Source: an uncultured Acidobacteriota bacterium
GTDB lineage: Bacteria; Acidobacteriota; Vicinamibacteria; Vicinamibacterales; CAVVIG01
Direction of reading: 5' to 3'
Assembly (NCBI GenBank): GCA_963792175.1
Contig: CAWBVG010000053.1
Location: forward strand, 65,013 to 129,012
DNA: 64,000 nucleotides
Positions 54,691-62,483 of the stretch are shown here, piece by piece; within the stretch, counting starts at the first letter, position 1; each line of letters begins with the position of its first letter. A program made the translations under genes and the position numbers. The notes under the pieces were generated by a model that saw nothing but the letters and a program-made list of their open reading frames with translations, made no database searches and was not told where the DNA came from.

Positions 54691-55587
54691 TCAGTGGCTG
54701 GTCGCGGTCGTGACGGCGGCAAGGACGCCGCGCATGTAGGCCATCGATTCGATCATGCCCTGCAGCGGCGCCTTGGCGTTGATCTGGTACTCGAGGCCGA
54801 CCTGACCCTGGTAGCCGATTTCGATCAGGGTCCTGAACAGCGCCGGGAAGTCGATCACGCCCTTGCCGACTTCGACCTGACTCTCCCGCTCGCTCTTCGA
54901 CGCCAGGTCCTTGACGTGCATGTCGTACAGGCGATCGCGGCACTCGCGGCACGCCTGCACCGGGTCGGTGCCCGTACGCAGCGTGTGGCCGATGTCGATG
55001 CAGAGTCCCAGCCGCTTATCGCGCGACTTCACGGCGGCGTACGCGTCGCGGGGCGCCGGCCAGTTCTTGTTCTCTGGCCCGTGATTGTGGATGGCGACCT
55101 TGATGTCGTACGTCTTCGCCATCTGCTCGAGTGTATCGAGGGCGGCCGGATCGGGATCCACGTAGATCAGCGGGAACCCGGCGTTCTTCGCGTACTCGAA
55201 TTCCTTCTTGATCTGCGCCGCGTCGTTCTTGATGGTGATCGTCCCGCCGCCCATGATCGTGATGCCGGCGGCTTCGATCTTCGCGCGCAGCGCACGTGTC
55301 GCCTCCGGCGGATCGGTCCGCGGCACGTGCACATCCTTGAACGTCATGTACTTGACGTCCATGAGCTTGGCCCACGCCAGCGCCTGGTCGAGCGGAAACT
55401 CCCGCATCGAGTACGAGGCGAGCCCCAGCTTCAGACGCTCCGGTTTACCACCAGCCGGCGGCGCGGTTGACGTCGTCCCGGCCCCGGGCGTGGCCGATTC
55501 CGCGCCGGTGACCCGGCCAAGGCTCGTCCAGGCGGCGGCAGCCGCCACGGTCCCCACGAAGCGGCGGCGAGAGCGATCAGTGGTCAT
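54691..55587 (-). CDS. Tat-exported sugar phosphate isomerase/epimerase (TIM barrel), second copy
   Basis: ORF 54691..55932, ATG 55587 with AAGGAG SD. Tat leader DRSRRRFVGTVAAAAAW. Intact. Confidence 0.8.
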   Translation of the reverse strand: MTTDRSRRRFVGTVAAAAAWTSLGRVTGAESATPGAGTTSTAPPAGGKPERLKLGLASYSMREFPLDQALAWAKLMDVKYMTFKDVHVPRTDPPEATRALRAKIEAAGITIMGGGTITIKNDAAQIKKEFEYAKNAGFPLIYVDPDPAALDTLEQMAKTYDIKVAIHNHGPENKNWPAPRDAYAAVKSRDKRLGLCIDIGHTLRTGTDPVQACRECRDRLYDMHVKDLASKSERESQVEVGKGVIDFPALFRTLIEIGYQGQVGLEYQINAKAPLQGMIESMAYMRGVLAAVTTATSH

Positions 55588-55606
55588 ACCAATCTCCTTC
55601 CAAGGC

Positions 55607-55696
55607 TGAGGAATCCTACCGCAGGAGACCGAGACCGGGGTCGGATACTGATCCGACCCCTGGCAGGGGCAGGGGTGAGAAATCCTACCGCAGGTG
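55607..55696. promoter_or_regulatory. Two 21-nt direct repeats (TGAGrAATCCTACCGCAGGwG) flanking a perfect 10-bp hairpin, between divergent genes
   Basis: Repeats at 55607..55627 and 55676..55696 (19/21 identical). Hairpin GGGGTCGGAT ACTG ATCCGACCCC at 55637..55660. Confidence 0.35.
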
Positions 55697-55738
55697 CCCG
55701 TCCAGTGCCTTACACTGTGCGATGAAAGCGAGGGCTTT

Positions 55739-57211
55739 GTGGCCATCAACCAGGACGACAAGACCATATCGCGGCGCGAATTCGCCTCCAAAGTGGGTGC
55801 GGTGGCGGCGGGAATCGCAGTCGGCAGTGAATTCCTCAGCTCGAAGGCCGAGGCCGCGGCGGCCGCCGCCCCTCGCGCTGCCCGGCGGATCCTCGGCGCG
55901 AACGACCGCGTCGTGACCGCCAGCATCGGCATCCGCGGTCAGGGCAACTCCCTGAAGCGCGGGTTCGCGAAGCTCCAGAACGTCGAGATCAAAACGCTGT
56001 GCGACATCGACGCCAACCTGGCGCCCGAGCGGATCAACGACGCGCGCCTGAGCGACGTGACCACATTCAAGCCCGGGTTCGTCCAGGACATGCGGCGCGT
56101 GTTCGACGACAAGGACATCGACGCGGTCGTCATCGCCACGCCGAACCACTGGCACGCGCTGGCGACGATCTGGGCGCTCCAGGCCGGCAAGCACGTCTAC
56201 GTCGAGAAGCCGTCATCGCACACGGTGGTGGAAGGCCGCCGGATGGTGGAGGCGGCGCAGCGCTACAACATGATCGTGCAGGTCGGCACGATGAACCGCA
56301 GCCGGCCCGCGGTGAAGGACGCCATCAAGTTCATTCACGAAGGCGGCCTCGGCAAGGTCTACATGGCGCGCGGGCTCTGCTACAAGCCGCGTCCGGCGAT
56401 CGGCAAGTACCCGGATGGGCCGATGCAGCCTGGCGAGAAGTACGCGCTCACGCTGACGTCGACCAACTACGAGCCGACCTACGACGCGCAGTACCTGTCC
56501 AAGGTCGATTACGACCTGTGGCTCGGCCCCGCGGCGAAGCGGCCGTTCAACCGCAACCGCTTCCACTACAACTGGCACTGGCACTGGGACTACGGCAACG
56601 GCGACAGCGGCAACCAGGGTCCGCACCAGTTCGACATCGCGCGCTGGGGCCTGCAGAAGCAGGAACACCCGGTGAAGATCAAGTCGGTCGGCGCCTACGC
56701 CGGCGAGGAATCGTCGCAGGAGACACCGAACTACCAGAACAGCTTCTTCGAATACGCCGACGGCGCGATCCTCGAGTTCGGCACGCGCGGCGGCTTCACC
56801 AACGACGAAGGCAGCGTCAAGATCGGCAACCTGTTCTACGGCACGAAAGGCTGGCTGTGGATCGAGGAGTCAGGGAAGAAATGGCAGTCGTACTTCGGAC
56901 CCAAGAACGAGAAGGGTCCCGGAGCCGACGCGCCCGACGCCGAACCCACCGGCCTGACGACGACGGAGTATCCGCACTACCAGAACTTCATCGACGCCAT
57001 CCGCGCCGGCGATCCCAAGCTGTTGACCTGCGACGTCAACGAAGGGCACCTGTCCTCGACGCTGCCGCACCTGGGCAACATCTCGTACCAGGTCGGCCAC
57101 AGCCTCGTGTTCGACGGGAAATCCGAAACGTTCGTTGACGACAAGAAAGCGGACAAGCTGCTGACCCGCGAGTACCGGAAAGGGTTCGAGCTGCCGAAGT
57201 CGTTCACGTAG
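55739..57211 (+). CDS. Tat-exported Gfo/Idh/MocA-family oxidoreductase
   Basis: ORF 55694..57211. GTG 55739 gives MAINQDDKTISRREFASKVGAVAAG. ASIGIRGQG, VEKP. Intact. Confidence 0.85.
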   Translation: MAINQDDKTISRREFASKVGAVAAGIAVGSEFLSSKAEAAAAAAPRAARRILGANDRVVTASIGIRGQGNSLKRGFAKLQNVEIKTLCDIDANLAPERINDARLSDVTTFKPGFVQDMRRVFDDKDIDAVVIATPNHWHALATIWALQAGKHVYVEKPSSHTVVEGRRMVEAAQRYNMIVQVGTMNRSRPAVKDAIKFIHEGGLGKVYMARGLCYKPRPAIGKYPDGPMQPGEKYALTLTSTNYEPTYDAQYLSKVDYDLWLGPAAKRPFNRNRFHYNWHWHWDYGNGDSGNQGPHQFDIARWGLQKQEHPVKIKSVGAYAGEESSQETPNYQNSFFEYADGAILEFGTRGGFTNDEGSVKIGNLFYGTKGWLWIEESGKKWQSYFGPKNEKGPGADAPDAEPTGLTTTEYPHYQNFIDAIRAGDPKLLTCDVNEGHLSSTLPHLGNISYQVGHSLVFDGKSETFVDDKKADKLLTREYRKGFELPKSFT

Positions 57212-57302
57212 AGAAACCGTATCAGCAACCTTCTGATCGTCATCGGCGTCTGCGCGCTTGGCCTCAACGCGGCCATCGTCGCGCAGACGCCTTCTGCCTC
57301 TG

Positions 57303-57452
57303 CAGCCAGTCCGCAGCCCCGAGCTCGTCGTTCCGTTTCAACAGCTAGCCCCCAGCCCCGAGCCCCTGTTTCCGTTTTTGCAGCTAGCCCCGAGCCCCTA
57401 GCCCCTGTCTCGTTTTCTGCAGCCGAGCCCCCAGCCCCCAGACCCGACGACC
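57303..57452. repeat. 39-nt tandem repeat, about 3.8 copies (CAGCTAGCCCCnAGCCCCnAGCCCCTGTyTCCGTTTTyG)
   Basis: Units start at 57303, 57342, 57381, 57420. Only the C-rich word is present; there is no G-rich partner. Confidence 0.8.
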
Positions 57453-57497
57453 GCGGCCCGGTTCCCCGACGGCGCCGGCCGCGATGCGCTCTTCAAG

Positions 57498-57845
57498 GTG
57501 TGCAAGGACTGTCACGGCCCGGAGAGTGTCCTGGCGCAGCTGAAGTCGCGCGACGAGTGGAGCAAGACGCTCGACGAGATGGCGGCGAACGGCGCGCAGG
57601 GCAGCGACCAGGAGTGGACCGACATCCTCGAGTACCTCGCCAGACACTTTTCACCGATCGCGGTGAACAAGGCGACCGCGACGGAGCTGGCCGCCACCCT
57701 CGATGTGCCGGCTGCCGTCGCCGAAGCGATCGTGCGGGCCCGCACCGAAAAAGGACGCCTGGCGTCGATTGACGATCTGAAACAGGCAGCCGGCGGCGAG
57801 GCCGCGCCGAAGATCGACGCGCGAAAAGATCGGCTCGTTTTCTAA
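57498..57845 (+). CDS. c-type cytochrome domain plus helix-hairpin-helix protein; true 5' end unresolved
   Basis: The ORF begins inside ..ALFKVCKDCHGPE (CxxCH). C-terminal ComEA-like HhH (TELAATLDVPAAVAEAIV, RLASIDDL). A leader-like segment lies upstream in another frame (about 57221..57290). Confidence 0.6.
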   Translation: MCKDCHGPESVLAQLKSRDEWSKTLDEMAANGAQGSDQEWTDILEYLARHFSPIAVNKATATELAATLDVPAAVAEAIVRARTEKGRLASIDDLKQAAGGEAAPKIDARKDRLVF

Positions 57846-57846
57846 C

Positions 57847-57921
57847 GCCACGAAGACACGAAAGCACCCTCGACAAGCTGGGATATGCATTATGGTGAGC
57901 GTGTCGAACCGTCTTCGTGGC
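57847..57921. repeat. Hairpin with CACGAAG-family stem
   Basis: GCCACGAAGAC (57847..57857) pairs perfectly with GTCTTCGTGGC (57911..57921). 53-nt interior. Confidence 0.7.
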
Positions 57922-57940
57922 TAACCCGACGGAAGAAACC

Positions 57941-59593
57941 ATGCGCAGAATCACTGTCTGGACCGTTCTCCTGGCGTGCCTCGCCATCCTGCCGCTGCGC
58001 GGCGCCGAGTGGGTCACGCACAGCGGCGACAATCAGCGCACCGGCTGGCAGAAGAACGAGACCGCGATCTCGAAGGACTCGGTCAAGAACCTGAAGCTGC
58101 TGTGGAAGATCACGCTCGACACCAAGCAGCGATCGGTTTACTCCCTGTACGGTCCGCTGATCGTCGAGCGCGCCATCACGGACCGCGGTTTCAAGGAGCT
58201 GGCGATCGTCGCGGGCGCCGACAACGATCTCTTCGCCGTCGACGCGGACCTCGGCAAGCTGTTCTGGAAAAAACATTTCGAGTGGCACGCGGACGTGCCC
58301 GAAACCACGCAGGCGTCGTTTCTCTGTCCTGGCGGGCTGACAGCGTGGCCGGTGCTTCAGCCACTGCCGCAGCGAGGCCGCGGCGCACCCGCGCCGCCGG
58401 CCGCGCCCGCACCGACTCCGCCCACAGCAACGACGACGGCCCCGGCTGCGGCCGGACCACAGCGAGGCGGCAGTCCCTTCGCGGTCCGCTCGGTGTTCGC
58501 GCTCACCGGCGACGGCAACCTGCAGCAGGTGAACATCAACACCGGCGACACGGCGCCGCCGGTCAAGTTCCTGCCGCCCAACGGCAAGCCGTACAGCCTC
58601 GCGCTGGTCGACAACATCATCTACACGATCACCGGTCAGGGCTGCGGCGGGAACCCGAACAGCGTCTATTCCCTGGACCTGAACGATCCGGCGAAAACGG
58701 TGCGCTACTGGCGGTCGGGAAGCGGCGGGTTGTGGGGCACCGCGGGTCCTGCGATCGGCGCCGATGGAACCGTGTACGCGGAGACTGGCGACGGCCAAAC
58801 CGATCCGGCGGCCAACCGTTACGCCAACGCGGTGATTGCGTTGACGCCCAAGGAATTGAAACTGAAAGACTGGTATGCGCCGACCAATGCCGAGTGGCTC
58901 TACAAGCGCGATCTCGACATGAACGTCACGCCCGTGGTCTTTCCGTACAAAGGCCGCGAGCTGCTGGTCGGCTCGGGCAAAGAAGGGCGTTTCTTCCTGC
59001 TCGACTCGCAGTCGCTCGGCGGCACCGATCACCGGACGCCGCTGTTCCGATCCGATTTGATCTCGAACGAGGACATCGACTTCGCCGGCGCCGGCACGTG
59101 GGGCAGCCTGTCGTCGTGGGAAGACGCGCAGGGGACGCGCTGGGTGCTCGCGCCGGTCTGGGGGCCGAAGCATCCGAGCGCGACGTTCGCGATGAACAAC
59201 GGCGACGCCAACGTCGGCAGCATCGCCGCGTTCAAAGTCGAAGAGAAGGGCGGCAAGCCGGTCCTCACCAACGCGTGGATTTCCCGAAACCTCATGACGC
59301 CGGCGGCACCCGCGGTGGCCAACGGCGTCGTTTTCGCCCTGGCGAGCGGCGAGTGGGTGCGCCAGGCGAACGATCGAGAAGGCGGCCTGTATCAGGTGGA
59401 TGCCCGCGTGCAGCGATCGCAGCCGGCCATCCTGTACGCGCTCGACGCGGCCACCGGCAAGGAACTGTGGTCGAGCGGCAGCCAGGTGACGGCGTTCACG
59501 CACAACGGGCAGCTGACGATCGCGAACGGGCGCGTCTACTTCACGACCTACGACAACACGCTGTACTGCTTCGGCTTCCCGATGGAACACTGA
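57941..59593 (+). CDS. PQQ-like / BamB-like beta-propeller repeat protein, intact
   Basis: ORF 57917..59593, ATG 57941 leader MRRITVWTVLLACLAILPLRGA. HSGDNQRTGW. Pro/Ala-rich insert. Confidence 0.7.
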   Translation: MRRITVWTVLLACLAILPLRGAEWVTHSGDNQRTGWQKNETAISKDSVKNLKLLWKITLDTKQRSVYSLYGPLIVERAITDRGFKELAIVAGADNDLFAVDADLGKLFWKKHFEWHADVPETTQASFLCPGGLTAWPVLQPLPQRGRGAPAPPAAPAPTPPTATTTAPAAAGPQRGGSPFAVRSVFALTGDGNLQQVNINTGDTAPPVKFLPPNGKPYSLALVDNIIYTITGQGCGGNPNSVYSLDLNDPAKTVRYWRSGSGGLWGTAGPAIGADGTVYAETGDGQTDPAANRYANAVIALTPKELKLKDWYAPTNAEWLYKRDLDMNVTPVVFPYKGRELLVGSGKEGRFFLLDSQSLGGTDHRTPLFRSDLISNEDIDFAGAGTWGSLSSWEDAQGTRWVLAPVWGPKHPSATFAMNNGDANVGSIAAFKVEEKGGKPVLTNAWISRNLMTPAAPAVANGVVFALASGEWVRQANDREGGLYQVDARVQRSQPAILYALDAATGKELWSSGSQVTAFTHNGQLTIANGRVYFTTYDNTLYCFGFPMEH

Positions 59594-59620
59594 CAGCTGC
59601 CTGCAGTGCCCTGTCCGATG

Positions 59621-59704
59621 GCCACGATAAGCCACGAAAGCACGAAAGATCAGCTAGCTCTCGAGAGATGCTCCGTATCTTCGGTGTTTTCGTGTTTTCG
59701 TGGC
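59621..59704. repeat. Hairpin with CACGAAA-family stem overlapping the FGE translation start
   Basis: 59631..59648 pairs with 59687..59704 over 18 consecutive pairs (16 Watson-Crick plus 2 G-U). An extra GCCACGATAA word sits at 59621. Confidence 0.8.
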
Positions 59705-60680
59705 TGGCTTGCCGTCGTGGCCGCGACGGCGGTCGTTGTCGGCGCGTGCACGAAGCCGCCGGCGACGGCGCCACGCGGAATGATCCGGATCCCGGGCGGC
59801 ACGTTCCACATGGGATGCGCCGATTGCGGGATGCCGGACGCTGAACCCGTGCATCTCGTCGCCGTCGATCCGTTCTGGATGGACGAAACGCCGGTCACCA
59901 ACCAGCAGTTCGCGGCATTCGTCGCCGCGACCGGATACGTGACCATCGCCGAACGGATCCCCGACTCGAAAGACTACCCGGGCGTCCCCGTCGACAAGCT
60001 CGTCCCGGGTTCTGCGTGCTTCCGGCCTCCAGGCCGCCCCGTGCCGCTCGACAACCCGAACGCGTGGTGGGCGTATCAGCCGGGTGCCAGCTGGAAGCAG
60101 CCAGAGGGACCCGGCAGCAGCGTGCAGGGCAAGGACGATCATCCCGTGGTCCATATCGCGTGGGACGACGCGCAGGCGTATGCGGCGTGGGCAGGCAAGC
60201 GCTTGCCGACCGAAGCCGAATACGAATTCGCGGCCCGCGGCGGCCAGGACGGAAAACATTTCGCCTGGGGCGACGACCTGAAACCGGGCGGCCGATGGCC
60301 CGCCAACATCTGGCAGGGCCAGTTCCCGTCGCAGGACGCCGGCGAGGATGGCTATCGCGGGACGTCGCCCGTGAAGGCGTTTCCGCCGAACGGGTATGGC
60401 TTGTACGACGTCGGCGGCAACGTCTGGCAGTGGTGCTCGGATTGGTACCGTCCCGATTACTTCGCACAGTTGAATGCGCAAGGCACCGCGCACAATCCCA
60501 CCGGGCCGAGCGACAGCGTGGATCCGCAGGAGCCGGGCATCCCCAAGCGCGTCCAGAAAGGCGGCTCGTTCCTGTGCAGCGATCAGGTACTGCGCGCGCT
60601 ATCACGTCGGCAGTCGGGGACGCGGCGCCGCTGACAGCGGCGGCACGAACGTGGGGTTTCGATGCGTGAAGCCGGCGTGA
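59668..60680 (+). pseudogene. Formylglycine-generating enzyme (SUMF1/FGE family), two frameshifts
   Basis: RIPGGTFHMGC, WWAYQPGASWKQPEG, GGSFLCSDQYC..VGSRGRG. The ATG 59668 lipoprotein-type leader joins if one T is removed near 59710. Extra G near 60587. Confidence 0.85.
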
Positions 60681-60766
60681 TCGCGTCCGTCCACGGTGGA
60701 ACGCGACGATCGCGAAGATCGCAAGAATATTCTCGGCGGCCTTAGCGGCCTCTGCGTTCTTTCGTC

Positions 60767-62483
60767 CTACAGCGACGGATGCTTCAGATGATGATCCGTC
60801 TTCGACTGGAACGCGTGCGCCAGCAGGAGCAGTTCCGGCTCGCCGAACAGCTTCCCCGTCATCTGCAGCGCCGTCGGCGATCCGTTGAAAAACCCGTTCG
60901 GCAGGCTGATGACGGGATGACCGGTGCGATTCGTCAGCAGCTGGTTCGCGCCGATGAACAGGTCGAGCCCGGACATCGCGGCGTCGATCTGTTCCATCAC
61001 CCGCATGCGATACCGGTTGGCCTGGATGTACTCCACCGCCGGAATGAAGCGCGCCGGCCGAATCTCCGCCGGGCGCGGACTCTGCTCCGGACCGCGCTCG
61101 ACGTCGCGGAGCCTGCCGCTGCGCGTCAGATCGTCGAAGGCCGCGGCGGTTTCCGCGTACCGGATGAAGTCGATGGCCTCGATCGCGACCTCCGGCAGGT
61201 CGAACGGCGCCACCTGCACACCGAGACCGCGAATCACGCGGATCGCCTCCTCGTAGTTCCGGCGCGTCGCGTCCTGCTCTGACGACCCGCTGCCAGCCGC
61301 GCCCGCGGGTCCCTCGTCCAGAATCGAGCGGAGGTACCCGACACGCAGCTTCGCGACATCCGCTGACGCGTCCCACCCGAACGGCACGTCGAGGACGCTG
61401 TTGTCTTTTCCGTCCGGACCGTAGATCGCGTCGAAGACAACGGCGCAGTCTTCGGCCGAGCGGCACAGGGGGCCGACGGTATCCTGCGTCCACGCCAGGG
61501 TCATCGCGCCGTATCGGCTCACTCGGCCGAAAGTCGGCCGCATGCCGGTGACGCCGTTGCGAGCCGACGGAGCAATGACCGATCCGCCGGTGTCGCTCCC
61601 AATCGAGAAGGCGACCAGCCCCGCGGCGGTGGCGGACCCGGGGCCGGCTGAGGAGCCGGCCGCGTCCTGCTGCAGGTTCCACGGGTTGCGCGTCACGCCG
61701 CCGAACCACTGCGCGGTGAACGCGAGCGCGCCGGTCGACAGTTTCGCGACCAGGATCGCGCCGGCGTTCCTCAGCTTCGTGTACACCGTGGCGTCGGTGT
61801 CGATGATCCGATCCTTGTACGGCGAGATACCCCAGGTCGTCTTCGTCCCTCGAACCGCGAACAGGTCCTTCAACCCGAAGGGAATCCCGTGCAGCGGACC
61901 ACGGTACCGGCCGGCGGCGATCTCCGCGTCGGCCTGCTTCGCCTGCGTTCGCGCCAGATCCGCCGTGAGGTTGACGACGCAGTGGAGTGCGGGATCGTGT
62001 GCGGTCAGCCGCGCGAGATACAGCTCGGTGAGCTCCGACGGCTTGATCTGACGCGACTTCACCAGCTTCGCGAGATGCGTCACCGGCAGGAACGCGAGGG
62101 CCTCGTCGCTCGACGGCTTCGACACGAGCGGTTCGCGACGCTTGAGGCCGCGTGGTCCGGCGGGCAGCGTCTTGCCCGGCGGAACCGGGTTGAACACGAC
62201 GGCGGGCTGCGTATCATTGCCGAGATTGGCGGTCTTCAGAAAACGAAACCCCGCCAGCGTAGCCGCGGGTCGCGTTCAGCCGGGTCGCGATCGCCTGCTG
62301 CTCCTCGCGGGTGAACGTGATGCCGGCGAGGGTCTGCGCCGCCTCGATCATCTCGATCGTGATGGTGTCCGAGTCCTGAGCCGCGATCGTCAGCGCGTCC
62401 GGCATCAGCGTCGAGCCGAGGCCGATCGCGGAGAGGCACTCGAAAAACCTCCGGCGATTCACCGCGAGTCGTTCGTCGTTCAC
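60767..62483 (-). pseudogene. Tat-exported amidase (amidase signature family), one frameshift
   Basis: GTG 62483 leader VNRRRFFECLSAIGLG. Signature GSSAGPGSATAAG..GSDTGGS. Extra G in a G-run near 62250. Confidence 0.85.

Noticed and set aside
55607-55696. Direct repeats as the target-site duplication of a mobile element
   Set aside because: The enclosed 48 nt encode nothing and have no terminal inverted repeats beyond one hairpin. 21 nt is long for a TSD. I kept it as a low-confidence regulatory feature instead.
1428-59704. The periodic repeats as CRISPR arrays
   Set aside because: The units are 7-9 nt with no unique spacers of 25-40 nt, and no cas genes are present.
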